The translations under genes and the position numbers were made by a program. The notes under the pieces were generated by a model. It ran no database searches, was not told the origin of the DNA, and was given only the letters and a program-made list of their open reading frames with translations. Shown piece by piece: positions 45,086 to 56,064 of a stretch of DNA of 63,244 nt. Origin of the DNA: an uncultured Deinococcaceae bacterium (GTDB lineage: Bacteria > Deinococcota > Deinococci > Deinococcales > Deinococcaceae); assembly GCA_964252075.1 (NCBI GenBank), contig CAXULY010000032.1, forward strand, positions 1 through 63,244. Reading direction: 5' to 3'. How positions within the stretch are numbered: position 1 is the stretch's first letter; every line of letters starts with the position of its first letter.

Positions 45086-47020
45086 TCAGTTCACGACGTT
45101 GCCGGTCAGCACGATCAGGAGTTGCGTCCGCTCGTGCCGCGTGGTGGTCGTGCTGAACAGCGGCCCGATGATCGGGATGCTGGACAGGAACGGCACGCCG
45201 TTGGTGGTCTGCGTGTCGGTCGTGCCCAGCAGGCCACTCAGCATGACGGTCTGGCCGCTCTTGAACGACACCGTGGTTTGCGCCTGGCGGTTCGTGAAGT
45301 CCAGCAGGTTCGGGACGGTGGTGGCCGTCACGGCGGTGTTCAGCGCGCTCACGCTGCTGTCCACGCCCAGGGTGATGGTGCCATCCGACGCCACCTGCGG
45401 GTTCAGGAAGTTCAGGTTCACACCGTAATCAATCTGCCGCACGATGTTGCCGCTCGTGCTGGGCACGTTGATTTCCAGGCGACCGCCGGACTTCAGCACC
45501 GCCGCCGCGCTTGAGGAGGCGTTCGCGGCGCCGCCCGCGTCCCCGAGGGACCGCTGCCCGCTCTGCATCGTCACGGTGCCGTCGTACACCCGCTTCGTGA
45601 GTCCCTGCGACTCCAGGGCGTTCAGGGTCGCGCCGATGTTCAGGCCCGCGAGGCTCTTCGTGGCGTCGAAGAGGCCCGTGAGGTTGCCACTCACGAGTTT
45701 CGCCACGAAATTCCCGAAGCCCACGTTCCAGTCCACGCCGAGCGCCCGCGAGCCGGTCTCGCTGATCTCCTGGATGCGCACCTGCACGTTGATGAGCGGC
45801 ACGCGCGTGTCGAGCTGAGGGATGAGCGCCGCCACCTGATCCACCTGCGCCTGCGTGCCGCGCACGATCAGGGTGTTGGTGCGGTCGTCGGCGATGATGG
45901 TCGCGCCGTTGCTGGTGGTGGGCACCGAGGCGGCGGCGGCCGCCGCCTGGGACGCCGCCTGCTGCTGCGCCTGCGCGGCGGTGTTGGGCACCGCGACCGT
46001 GGTGGGGTTGCCGTTCGCGTCGGTGCCCGTCACGGTCGCGGTGGGCGTCGTGGAGGTGCCGCTGATCGCGGTGGCGAGCGTGCCGTCCAGGGTCTTCTTG
46101 AGGTCCGCCGCGCGGGCGTTCGCCAGTGTGAAGACCTTCTGAACGATGACCGGGCCGGACTGCACCTGCACGGGCTGATCCACCTGCGCGAGCAGCGCGA
46201 TGGCGCCACTCGTGGCGTCCGCCGGGCCGGCCAGGATGATCTGGTTGCTCCGGCCCGTCACCGTGACCTGAATGGTCGGGTACTGCTGCGCGAGGACGTT
46301 CTTCACGTCGTCCACGCTGCCCTTCACGGTGTACACGGTGCGCGGTCCGGCGGCGGCCTTGTCGATCTGGTCCGCGAGCTTCTGCACCTCCGTGATCTCA
46401 CGGTTCGTGCCGCGCACGATGAGGCTGTTGGTGCGGGGGTCCGCGATGATGCGCAGGGTGGGCGAGTCGAGCTTGACGTCCACGATGGTGCGGGTCGTGC
46501 CCGTGACGTTGCCCGCCGCGTCCTTCTGCGGGACCTCGTTGTAGACGGGCGTGCCGAAGAACAGCTTCACGCGCGTCTCGGCGTCCGCCGCGGAGGCGTT
46601 CTTGAGGGAAATGATCGACTGGATGGGCGAGTTGCCCACGCGCAGCACGTCCTTGCCGCCCACGCTGGTGATCTGGTACGTCAGGCCGTACACGTCCATC
46701 AGGAGGGGCCACACCTGGTTGAAGGGCTTCTTGGTGAAGCTGGAGACCACGGGCTTGCTGGTGTCCGCTGCGCCCGTCGGGGCGCCCGCCTGCGCGGTGG
46801 TGGCGGCGGGCTGGCCGTCAACATTCGCGTCGAAGATGATCTCGTACCCGGCAGCGTTGGCGATGGCGGCGAGCATGGAAGAGAGCGGACCGTTGTACTG
46901 CCCCATCTCGACCGTGACACTGGCGGTGGAGAGGCGGGCGTCAGGCGTCGCGGTGGCGCTCTGGGCGCTGGCCAAGCCAAGCGCGGCGGTCAGGAGAAGG
47001 GTCAGGGTTCGTGTCTTCAT
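45086..47020 (-). CDS. pilQ: Type IV pilus secretin
   Basis: signal peptide, repeated D.RTN.LIVRG N3 domains, GVPFLSSIPIIG.LF secretin motif. Confidence 0.92.
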   Translation of the reverse strand: MKTRTLTLLLTAALGLASAQSATATPDARLSTASVTVEMGQYNGPLSSMLAAIANAAGYEIIFDANVDGQPAATTAQAGAPTGAADTSKPVVSSFTKKPFNQVWPLLMDVYGLTYQITSVGGKDVLRVGNSPIQSIISLKNASAADAETRVKLFFGTPVYNEVPQKDAAGNVTGTTRTIVDVKLDSPTLRIIADPRTNSLIVRGTNREITEVQKLADQIDKAAAGPRTVYTVKGSVDDVKNVLAQQYPTIQVTVTGRSNQIILAGPADATSGAIALLAQVDQPVQVQSGPVIVQKVFTLANARAADLKKTLDGTLATAISGTSTTPTATVTGTDANGNPTTVAVPNTAAQAQQQAASQAAAAAASVPTTSNGATIIADDRTNTLIVRGTQAQVDQVAALIPQLDTRVPLINVQVRIQEISETGSRALGVDWNVGFGNFVAKLVSGNLTGLFDATKSLAGLNIGATLNALESQGLTKRVYDGTVTMQSGQRSLGDAGGAANASSSAAAVLKSGGRLEINVPSTSGNIVRQIDYGVNLNFLNPQVASDGTITLGVDSSVSALNTAVTATTVPNLLDFTNRQAQTTVSFKSGQTVMLSGLLGTTDTQTTNGVPFLSSIPIIGPLFSTTTTRHERTQLLIVLTGNVVN

Positions 47021-47023
47021 GAA

Positions 47024-48289
47024 TCACCTTTGGCTGATGGGAAGGGGCTGCTGTTCGGTGCCGAGGGCCAGGGTGGCGCTGTTCGCCGTGATGTCGCGCA
47101 CGGTCACGTCCGTGCCCGGCAGTTTCTGCCCGACCGCGACCACCGCGAAGCCATCCTTGGTCTGGAAGATGCCGGTGTTGATGGGGCCCAGGACGACGGC
47201 GGTGTACGTCACGCCCTGTGCGGCGATGAACTGCGTGAGGGGGCTGGAGGGAGCTGTGGTCGTGGCCGTGGCGGTGCTGTCCCCGCTGGCGGCGGAGGTG
47301 GCGGCCGTCGCGGTGCTGGTGGCGTCCACCGGCGCGGTGGCGGTGGCGTCCAGCTGGCCCAGGACGGCGGGGGCGTTGGCGGGGGGCAGCGCGGGGACGG
47401 GCAGGCTGCCTGTCACGGTGCTGATGGCGGTGGTCGGTGCGGCGGCCGCGGCGCTCGCCACGCTCGGCACATTCAGCTTGGGTGTGGGCGTGTGGATGGG
47501 TTGGACGGGCTTGATGGGCTTGACGGGCGGCGCGACCGGCGGCTTCACCGCCACGGACGGCGTCGAGGGAATGGAGGGCGCGGTCGGCAGGCGGACCACC
47601 GGGCTGGTGGCGCCACTGCTCGGTGTGCCGGGCAGGGTGGGCAGCGGCAGGGCGCCCTGCACGCCGCCCGGACGGACGACGACGGCGTTGCCCGGCTGCG
47701 GCAGGCTGGGGGTGGGCAGGCGGCTCGCGCCACTGATGGTGGGGGGACGCACGCTGGCGGAACTGCTCTGGAACGTCGGGGTGGGCAGGCTGGGGGTGGG
47801 GATGGCGGCCGCGGCACTGGGCTGCGCGGCGGGCGTCGCCGGCACGGCGGGGGCCGCCTGCACCACCTTGAAGGGCCGGAAGGGGTTCACGGCCGGCAGG
47901 TCCGCCTCCGCGGCGGGCGCGGGGGTCGCGACGCTCGTCGCGGCGGTCGAGGTGCCGGACGCCGCCTTCTCGGGCGTCAGGAACGGCACCTGCGGCGCCT
48001 TCACGGCGTTCGCGGGGCGCGTCACGTTCAGGCCGCCGGCGGTCGAGGCGCCACTCGCGGTGGAGTCACCGGCGGCGGGCGTCCCCGCGGCGCTGTTAGC
48101 GGCCGCGCCGGTGTCCGTGGTGGCCTGGGCGGGCGGGGGCGCGGGGGTGTCCACGCCGCGGTTGAGGTTCCAGGCGTACCAGCCGCCCACCGCGCCGACC
48201 AGCAGCAGGCCGGTCAGGGCGAGTTTCATCTCGCGGGTGAGCTTCACGCCAGGCTTGGTGCTGGGCTCGCTGCTCTTCTCGCTGGTCAT
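47024..48289 (-). CDS. pilW: Pro/Ala/Thr-rich pilus assembly protein (Thermus PilW-like)
   Basis: single N-terminal TM, NPF.P motif, low-complexity stalk; lies between pilO and pilQ. Confidence 0.65.
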   Translation of the reverse strand: MTSEKSSEPSTKPGVKLTREMKLALTGLLLVGAVGGWYAWNLNRGVDTPAPPPAQATTDTGAAANSAAGTPAAGDSTASGASTAGGLNVTRPANAVKAPQVPFLTPEKAASGTSTAATSVATPAPAAEADLPAVNPFRPFKVVQAAPAVPATPAAQPSAAAAIPTPSLPTPTFQSSSASVRPPTISGASRLPTPSLPQPGNAVVVRPGGVQGALPLPTLPGTPSSGATSPVVRLPTAPSIPSTPSVAVKPPVAPPVKPIKPVQPIHTPTPKLNVPSVASAAAAAPTTAISTVTGSLPVPALPPANAPAVLGQLDATATAPVDATSTATAATSAASGDSTATATTTAPSSPLTQFIAAQGVTYTAVVLGPINTGIFQTKDGFAVVAVGQKLPGTDVTVRDITANSATLALGTEQQPLPISQR

Positions 48290-48933
48290 TGCGCGCCTCC
48301 CGCGGCGGGCGCGGCGGGGGCCGCCGGGGTGCCGTTCGTGCTGTCGCCGGAGGTGACGCCCGCACCAGCCGCATTGGGGTTGAAGGTGTAGATGGTGACG
48401 CCCATCTGGCCGGTGAGTTTCGGGTCGAAGCTGTCGGCGGTGCCGCCCAGGTTCACCGCGACGCTGTTGATGGTCGAGAAGCGACTCATGCCTTCCAGGG
48501 ACCGCAGCACGCGGAAGAGGCTGTTGAAGGAGCCGTCCACGCCGAGGTTCAGGCCGATGGGCGTGACGCCCGCCGGGAGGCCTGCGGCGGCGCCGTTCCC
48601 CTGCGCGACGCTCGTCATGGTGCCGCCCGCCGCGAGGACGTCCGTGCGGATCTCATCCACGACGTTGCCGATCTGCGCGGTCTGCGGCAGTTCGCGCAGC
48701 AGCACGTCACGCTTGACCTGCAGCTCCGCGACCTGCTGGCGCAGGCGCGGCAGTTCCGCCACGGCGGCGCGCGCGGCGTCCCGCTGGATGTTCAGGGTGT
48801 CGAGCTGCGATTGCAGGCTGGTGATGGTGTTGCGGGTGTTCTGGAAGATCACGAAGTACCACAGCAGGAAAATCAGCAGCGTGGCGGCCAGCGCGATCAG
48901 GAAGATGTCCCGGCTCTTGAGCTTAGCGAGCAC
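48286..48933 (-). CDS. pilO: Type IV pilus biogenesis protein PilO
   Basis: TM, coiled coil, LP motif, G.F..L...L..LE...RF; operon position. Confidence 0.85.
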   Translation of the reverse strand: MLAKLKSRDIFLIALAATLLIFLLWYFVIFQNTRNTITSLQSQLDTLNIQRDAARAAVAELPRLRQQVAELQVKRDVLLRELPQTAQIGNVVDEIRTDVLAAGGTMTSVAQGNGAAAGLPAGVTPIGLNLGVDGSFNSLFRVLRSLEGMSRFSTINSVAVNLGGTADSFDPKLTGQMGVTIYTFNPNAAGAGVTSGDSTNGTPAAPAAPAAGGAQ

Positions 48934-49612
48934 TTTGGCCTCCGGACGCGTCGCCTGCGGGGGTGGCGGAGGTCGCGTTCGTGGATTGCGCGGCGGGCTT
49001 CAGGCTGCTGCCGACCAGGCCCACGGTGGCGGTAAAGGTGTAGTTGCCGCTGGTGGCGTCGCGCGTGGCGTTCTGGAACTGCACGCCGAAATCGCTGGCG
49101 TCCTCGAAGGTCTTCAGGAACTGCACGAGGGCCGAGCTGGATGTGGCCTGACCGTTCAGGGCGAACTCGCGCGTGACGGCCTTGCCGTCGTACGGTCCGG
49201 TTGCGCCCGGCGCAGGCGGGGTGGCGGCGGCTGTCATGTCGCGCATGGTGAGGGTCTGGATGGACACCAGCGGCTGACTGCCGCGCGGCAGGCGGTTCAC
49301 GAAGGTGAGGAGGTCGCCGCTCCACGAGGTGCGCTTGGTGAGCAGCTGATCCGAGACGCTCGCAACGGCCTGCAGGGTCGAGAGCTGCTGCTGCAGGTCG
49401 TTGCGCTCCTGCACCTGCGGCTGCAGCAGCTGAATCTCGGTGTTGGCGTCGTCCACGTCCTGCTGTACGCGCCCGAGCTGCGCGCTGTAATACAGCTGCG
49501 TGCCCGCCATGGCGATCACGGCGACCACAGGTACAGCGATCGCCCCGACCTTCCAGGCGTCGCTGCTTCCCGAGCGGCGCAGATCCTTGGGCAGCAGATT
49601 GATGGTGATCAC
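48923..49612 (-). CDS. pilN: Type IV pilus biogenesis protein PilN
   Basis: INLLP PilM-binding motif, TM, coiled coil. Confidence 0.88.
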   Translation of the reverse strand: MITINLLPKDLRRSGSSDAWKVGAIAVPVVAVIAMAGTQLYYSAQLGRVQQDVDDANTEIQLLQPQVQERNDLQQQLSTLQAVASVSDQLLTKRTSWSGDLLTFVNRLPRGSQPLVSIQTLTMRDMTAAATPPAPGATGPYDGKAVTREFALNGQATSSSALVQFLKTFEDASDFGVQFQNATRDATSGNYTFTATVGLVGSSLKPAAQSTNATSATPAGDASGGQSAR

Positions 49613-50778
49613 AGGCCGAGCCCCCTCAGCGCCAGGCCCAGCGGCACGGCGAATTCCGGCGCGTTGCTCTGCAGGTAGTTCGGATCGAAGCGCGACTCCT
49701 CCACCGTGACGGACAGCCACGGCGAGGCGACCTCCACCCGCAGGCCGAGCGCGTCGCCGATGGCAGACGCGAGGCCGCGCAGCTTGGCGCCGCCGCCCAC
49801 GAGGTAGGTGCGGTCCACGACGATGTCGCCCGCCTGCACGCGGTAGAACTCCAGCGAGCGGCGGATCTCGGTGATGAGGTCGCCCAGCACGGGGCGCACC
49901 ACCTCGAACACGCGCGCGGGGCTGTACTGCTCGCGCGCCAGGTCGAAGTTCAGGAGCGCTTCCTCATCCTCGGTGGGGGTGGTGGCGGTGGCGTAGCCGA
50001 CCTTCACTTCCTCGGCGGCGCTGAAGTCCAGGTCGAAGGCCTTCTGCAGCGCCATGGTGAAATCGTCGGCGGCGATGTTGATGTTGCGCGTCATGAGCAC
50101 GCGGTCGCCACGCACCAGCGCGATCACGCTGCTGCTCGCGCCGATCTCCATCATCAGGGCGACCTCGCCGGACTCGGTGTAGTTGTCGCCCGTGAGGGTG
50201 CTCTTGTTCAGGTGGCGGCCCAGCAGGTTCCCGCGGATGGCGCGCAGCGCCGCAAAGGGCTTGAGGTCCACGATGATGGGTTCCAGGCCCGCGAGGCGCA
50301 GCACCTCCACCTGACGTGCCACGGCTTCCGTGGGGGTGGCGGCCACCACGACCTCCATCTGGCCTTCGTCCTCGATCTTGCCGGGGTCATCGAGGGTGTC
50401 GAAGTCGAGCGTCACTTCATCGATGGGGTAGGGGATGTACCGCTCCGCTTCCCAGCGGATGGCTTCCGTCAGTTCCTTGCGCTCCATCTTCGGCACGAAG
50501 ATGTTGCGGGTGACGGCAGACTGGTTCGGCACGGTCGTCACCGCCTGACGGGCGCTGACCTTGTGCTGGGCCAGCGCGGCCTTCAGCTCGTTGGCAACCG
50601 CCTGCGGTTCGATCACGAGACCGTCGCGCATGCTGCCGATGGGGGTGGGGACCATCAACGCGTGTTGAAGGGTCGGCGGGGAGCCGGGTTTCAGTGCCAC
50701 CACCTTGATGGCGCTGGTGCCGATCTCCACGCCAATGGCGTTGGGTCGTGCATTGAGCAGGCGCTGCATGAAACTCAT
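49609..50778 (-). CDS. pilM: Type IV pilus assembly protein PilM
   Basis: GVEIG...IK, EAERYIPYP, EIRRSLEFY, GGG, GLALR. Confidence 0.94.
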   Translation of the reverse strand: MSFMQRLLNARPNAIGVEIGTSAIKVVALKPGSPPTLQHALMVPTPIGSMRDGLVIEPQAVANELKAALAQHKVSARQAVTTVPNQSAVTRNIFVPKMERKELTEAIRWEAERYIPYPIDEVTLDFDTLDDPGKIEDEGQMEVVVAATPTEAVARQVEVLRLAGLEPIIVDLKPFAALRAIRGNLLGRHLNKSTLTGDNYTESGEVALMMEIGASSSVIALVRGDRVLMTRNINIAADDFTMALQKAFDLDFSAAEEVKVGYATATTPTEDEEALLNFDLAREQYSPARVFEVVRPVLGDLITEIRRSLEFYRVQAGDIVVDRTYLVGGGAKLRGLASAIGDALGLRVEVASPWLSVTVEESRFDPNYLQSNAPEFAVPLGLALRGLGL

Positions 50779-50971
50779 AAGGTAGCCTCCAAGAGTCAGG
50801 CAAAGTTTAACATTCTTTCATCGCAGGGACCACGAAAATTCGTGGTTTCCGCTGGGCGCCCGCCCAGCGACATGAGAGCCCTCATGAAGTGACGAAAATG
50901 GCGTGCGGACGCAGCAACAAGTCAACCTTGACCTGCGTCGATTCTGCCACCGGCACCCGGGCGCCTGAGGC

Positions 50972-51003
50972 AAAAATGAGGCGGCCCGTCCTGCCGGGCC
51001 GCC
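50972..51003 (-). terminator. Terminator of the dehydrogenase gene
   Basis: GGCGGCCCG/CGGGCCGCC stem plus TCATTTTT on (-). Confidence 0.7.
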
Positions 51004-51022
51004 CCTGTCACCGCGTGTGACG

Positions 51023-52021
<999 letters not shown>

Positions 52022-52026
52022 GTGGG

Positions 52027-52998
52027 TCAGTCTAGACCAGTCCACCCCACCGGACGCAGGGCGTCCCCAACGAGGTGACGCGCCAGCAGCGGGGCCAGCA
52101 GAAAGCCCTTGGAGCCCAGGCCCGTGAGCCGCCACACGCCGCTCGCGCCGCGGCCCACCTGCAGGCCGGAGAGCCGCGAGCCGCTCCACGCGCCGCTGAC
52201 TTCCGGCAGCTCACCCAGCAGGCGTTCGGCCTTCCCGCGCAGCCACTCCTGCGAGGTGAGGGGCGCGGGCGCCGCGTTGAAGTGCGGGGTGGGCGCCTCG
52301 AAGGTCGCGCCGATCACGCCGCCCGAAGCCGCTGGGCTGACATACGCGCCGTAACTGATGGGCAGCGGCGCAGGCGGCTTTGCCGTGAGCCACACGCTGC
52401 CCCCCCGGTGCGCTGCGGCCTCACCCGCCCAGTCCGCGCCGCGCGAGCCGCCGCAGCACACCACCACGTCGGCGCGCACGCGCCCGCCGTCCAGCAGGTC
52501 AGCTCCACCCGCATCCCAGGCCCCGGCGCGGGCCGCGACGACCTCCGCGCCGCTCGCGCGCGTGAGGGCGCGCGTCAGGGCGCCGCCGTCCAGCCAGCCG
52601 CCCTCCGGCAGGAACAGACTGCCCGCCCACCCCTCGCGCATGCCCGGCGCGGTCGGCAGCCAGGCGTGCGGCAGGTCCGCCGGGAGGCGCGCGGCCCACC
52701 GCACCCGCGTCGCTTCGTCCGGAACGGGGCGGTGCAGGCCACTGCGGGCGTGGGGAATGCGGTGCCCGAGCGCCGTCAGGGCGCCCACCACCCGCCACGT
52801 CTCGCGCAGGCCCGCCACCGCCTGCGCGCTCACCGCACCGTTCTGCCCCCGCACGGGATTCACGAGGGCGGCCGGCACGTCACTCGCGCGCCCCTCGCCC
52901 GCGTCCAGCAGTGTGACGTGCGCGCCCGCACGCGCCGCCCACCACGCCACCGAGGCGCCCGCGATGCCCCCACCCAGCACCAGCACGCTGGGGCTCAC
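52027..52998 (-). CDS. FAD-dependent oxidoreductase (DAO family, MnmC C-terminal-like)
   Basis: [23 protein letters not shown]. Confidence 0.8.
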   Translation of the reverse strand: MSPSVLVLGGGIAGASVAWWAARAGAHVTLLDAGEGRASDVPAALVNPVRGQNGAVSAQAVAGLRETWRVVGALTALGHRIPHARSGLHRPVPDEATRVRWAARLPADLPHAWLPTAPGMREGWAGSLFLPEGGWLDGGALTRALTRASGAEVVAARAGAWDAGGADLLDGGRVRADVVVCCGGSRGADWAGEAAAHRGGSVWLTAKPPAPLPISYGAYVSPAASGGVIGATFEAPTPHFNAAPAPLTSQEWLRGKAERLLGELPEVSGAWSGSRLSGLQVGRGASGVWRLTGLGSKGFLLAPLLARHLVGDALRPVGWTGLD

Positions 52999-53166
52999 GG
53001 GCGGGCCACCCCAAACGCGCGCGCCGCCAGGTGGCCGCGCTGTTTCCACACCCGCAGGCCCGCTCCTGCCGTGTGGGGGCTTAGCAACCGTGAGCGAAGG
53101 CGGGCGCCGGTCTGGGACCGCTCGCTGCCGCGCCTGCGCCGCGTGCGGTTCATGGACGCGTCACCC

Positions 53167-54159
53167 TCACGGCTTCTCCGTGCCGGGCGCGGGCAGCAGC
53201 AGCTCGTTCTCGCGCACGAAGGCCCACATGAAACGCCCGATCAGCAGCGTCTGCGAGCGGTACTCGCGCACCGCCTCGGCCTTCACGTCGATCTGCGCGG
53301 CGTCCAGGTCGTAGCGGTTCCAGCGCGCGCCCTGCAGTTCCGCCGTGGGCGGCGTGAGCGGCAGGTCGCGGTGCTGCCCCTTCGGGAGCGGCCACTCGAG
53401 CCCCCCGTGCACGAGGTAGTTGTACAGGCGCGCCGGGCGGGCCGACACCAGCCGCGTCGCGAGGTACGCGGCGGCCCGGTGGTCCGGGTGCGCGTCGAAG
53501 GCGCTCGGGGCCAGCACCGTGTCGGGCTTCAAGGTGTCCAGCAGCCGCCCGACCTCGCGTTCCAGTTCCCGCCCGGTGTAGGGCGCGCCCGGCTGCACGG
53601 TGCCGCTGTAGGGCACGTGGTCGCTGGCGGTGTAGGGACTGCGGTAGGGCGTCAGATAATTCTGGTGGTACACAGCGCTCAGGCCGCGGTCGGGGAAGCC
53701 CAGGAACAGCACGTGGTCGGGCCGCACGCCCAGCCGCGCGGTGGCCGCGCGCGCCTCCTGCATGCGGTGGCGGCCCAGGTTCAGGTAATCCTCGGCGCTC
53801 ACCATGGGTTTGCGCGCGGTGGCGCGCGCGTCGAAGGGGAAACCATCGCCGCAGGTGAGGAACACCACCCACACCTCGCCCCGGTGCTGCAGCACGTCCT
53901 GAATGATGCCCGCCGCGGCCAACGTCTCGTCGTCCGGGTGCGGGGAGATGAACAGCATGCGGCCCCGGATGGGTTCCAGCAGCGGCATGGTGACCGACTG
54001 CCGCTCCAGGCCCGTCAACACCGCCTGACCGGTGGGCAGCCAGTGCCAGCCGTTCACGGCGGCGCCGCCCAGCAGACCCAGCACGCCCGCGAGCGCCAGC
54101 GAGGCCCAGGTGTGCGACCTCCAGCGTCGTGGCGTGGTCCAGGCGGGACGGCGTTTCAT
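53167..54159 (-). CDS. Membrane-anchored or exported PIG-L family deacetylase
   Basis: basic N-terminus plus hydrophobic helix, SPHPDDE, LGFPD, DAHPDH, YRSQ. Confidence 0.85.
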   Translation of the reverse strand: MKRRPAWTTPRRWRSHTWASLALAGVLGLLGGAAVNGWHWLPTGQAVLTGLERQSVTMPLLEPIRGRMLFISPHPDDETLAAAGIIQDVLQHRGEVWVVFLTCGDGFPFDARATARKPMVSAEDYLNLGRHRMQEARAATARLGVRPDHVLFLGFPDRGLSAVYHQNYLTPYRSPYTASDHVPYSGTVQPGAPYTGRELEREVGRLLDTLKPDTVLAPSAFDAHPDHRAAAYLATRLVSARPARLYNYLVHGGLEWPLPKGQHRDLPLTPPTAELQGARWNRYDLDAAQIDVKAEAVREYRSQTLLIGRFMWAFVRENELLLPAPGTEKP

Positions 54160-54256
54160 GCGGACGCCTAAATTATAGGTCCGCGGCCCCACGCGAAGCT
54201 CAAAGTGCACGGTTCTGCCAGGGACCTGTCATGAAGCGGGCTTTATACTTGACGCA

Positions 54257-55309
54257 ATGACCCTGCCGACCCTCGGGCTGGAGGAAGAGTTCTTCGTGCT
54301 TTACGACGGACGGCCCTCCACCGCCAGCCTCCTCGACCTCGCGCGCCTGTTGTGGCGTGACCCGCGCCACAACGCCTCGCACACCGCGACGAACTTCACG
54401 CGCGGGCCGCGGGCATGGCGCGGCCTGATGAGCAGCGTCGAGGTGGCCACCCGCGTGCACCACCACCCGGACGCGCTGCTCGCGGACGTCGCGCGGCGCC
54501 GCGCGGACCTCACGGGTGTGCTGCGAAGCGGCCTGATCGCCCCCGTCGGACTGCTGCCGGACAGCGACCGCTACCACACCGCCGGGCTGCACCTGCACCT
54601 CGGTGTGCCCGCCGGGCAGCTGGAGCGCGCCTACGGCAACATCGCGCGCTTCCTGCCGGTGCTGGCGCTGGCGAGCGCATCGAGCCCCTGGTGGGGTGGG
54701 CGCGAGGGCGGCCCCATGCAGCGCGTGCCCGCCAGCTTCGCGCTCGGGCCACTCGGGCACGACCCCTACGCGCGCTTCCAGGACCTGATCGTGACGCGCC
54801 GCCTGGGCACCATCGAGCTGCGCGTGCTGGACCCCGTGTGGGACCTGGGGCGCCTGCGCGCCATCGTGGACGCCGCGTGGCAGCTCGCGGCCCTGCCGGA
54901 GCGGCTCGCGTGGAGCCCCCAGACGTACAACCGGCTGCGCGGCCTCTACCCGCACGAGGGCCTCACGGAGGAGACACACGCCCTCGCGCTGGAACTGCAG
55001 GACCGCACGGGCTTCGACGCCCGGCTCGCCGAGGCGCCCGAGGCCACACGCCTCGCGCAGCACGCGCGCGCGGCGGGCTTCGCGGACCTCTGGCGGCACC
55101 TGGACGGCGGGGTGCGCGCCGGGCGGTTCGCACCGTCCAGCACCCCGGACGCCCGGCCCGCCCGCTGGCGCGGCGCGGCGGGCTTCGCGGCGTACTACCT
55201 CCCGAAACTCCCGTACATCACGTACAAGGCGTGGCAGGAGCACCACGGGCGCCCACCCGCCGAGGGCGCGCGCGGGACGCCGCCGGAACTCGCGCGCTCG
55301 CGACGCTGA
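54257..55309 (+). CDS. GCS2/YbdK-like carboxylate-amine ligase (glutamate-cysteine ligase family)
   Basis: TLGLEEEF, VEVAT, GLHLHLG, LAL.ASSP, TIELRVLD; TATACT -10 box 7 nt before the ATG. Confidence 0.82.
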   Translation: MTLPTLGLEEEFFVLYDGRPSTASLLDLARLLWRDPRHNASHTATNFTRGPRAWRGLMSSVEVATRVHHHPDALLADVARRRADLTGVLRSGLIAPVGLLPDSDRYHTAGLHLHLGVPAGQLERAYGNIARFLPVLALASASSPWWGGREGGPMQRVPASFALGPLGHDPYARFQDLIVTRRLGTIELRVLDPVWDLGRLRAIVDAAWQLAALPERLAWSPQTYNRLRGLYPHEGLTEETHALALELQDRTGFDARLAEAPEATRLAQHARAAGFADLWRHLDGGVRAGRFAPSSTPDARPARWRGAAGFAAYYLPKLPYITYKAWQEHHGRPPAEGARGTPPELARSRR

Positions 55310-55343
55310 CCGCCCGCCCCGGCCCGTCCGCTAGACTGCGGCC

Positions 55344-56054
55344 ATGCGCCGCTTCCTCAAGATTGTCGTGCCGCTGGCCGTGGTGTGGGCCGCCGCCGTC
55401 CTGTTCCTGCAGCGGGTGTGGTTCTACCGCGACCCTGTGCGCGTCACGCCCCAGGACAAGGACCTGGTGGTGAGCCCCTGCGACGGTCAGGTGGTGTACA
55501 TCCGCCGCGTCGAGGACGGCGTCATCACCAGCGAGAAACTCGGGGAGCCCATCAGCGTGCAGGAGATCACGCACGCCGACTGGCCGGAGGGCGCGGCCCC
55601 CGGTCGCGGCTGGCTGATCGGCATTTACATGAGCCCGCTGGACGTGCACTTCAATTACGCGCCCGTGCCGGGCCCCGTGACGGGCATCGTGCACACGGGC
55701 GCCCGCGCGAACCTGCCCATGGTGGACCTGTGGGAGTACGTGCAGCTCACGTGGCTGCGCCGTGCCGTGGACCTCTTCGGGAAGCGCTACGCGCTGGAGA
55801 ACGAACGCCAGACGGTGTTTGTGGACGGCCCCATCAAGGTCGCGATGGTGGAGATCGCCGACAAGTTCGTGAACAAGATCCGCACGTACATTCAGGTGGG
55901 GGACCGCCTGCGCACCGGGCAGAAGGTCAGCTTCATCGAGCGCGGCTCGCAGGTGGACCTCTTCCTGTTCAGTGAGGACCTGGACTTTCTGGTGGGCGTG
56001 GGCGATCAGGTGTACGGCGCGCAGACCGCCATCGCGCGCCTGAAGCGCCCCTGA
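55344..56054 (+). CDS. psd: Phosphatidylserine decarboxylase family proenzyme
   Basis: N-terminal TM, FYRDP.R, VSPCDG, IYMSPLDVH.NYAP, NER, GSQVDL autocleavage site; TAGACT -10 box. Confidence 0.88.
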   Translation: MRRFLKIVVPLAVVWAAAVLFLQRVWFYRDPVRVTPQDKDLVVSPCDGQVVYIRRVEDGVITSEKLGEPISVQEITHADWPEGAAPGRGWLIGIYMSPLDVHFNYAPVPGPVTGIVHTGARANLPMVDLWEYVQLTWLRRAVDLFGKRYALENERQTVFVDGPIKVAMVEIADKFVNKIRTYIQVGDRLRTGQKVSFIERGSQVDLFLFSEDLDFLVGVGDQVYGAQTAIARLKRP

Positions 56055-56064
56055 GCGCCCCGCC

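Noticed and set aside
47300..48150. Repetitive Pro/Ala/Thr codons in pilW (also 63100-63244)
   Set aside because: Low-complexity protein linkers, not CRISPR or DNA repeat elements.
41614..50778. Linkage of pilMNOWQ to aro genes
   Set aside because: pilQ-aro synteny is widespread and already known.
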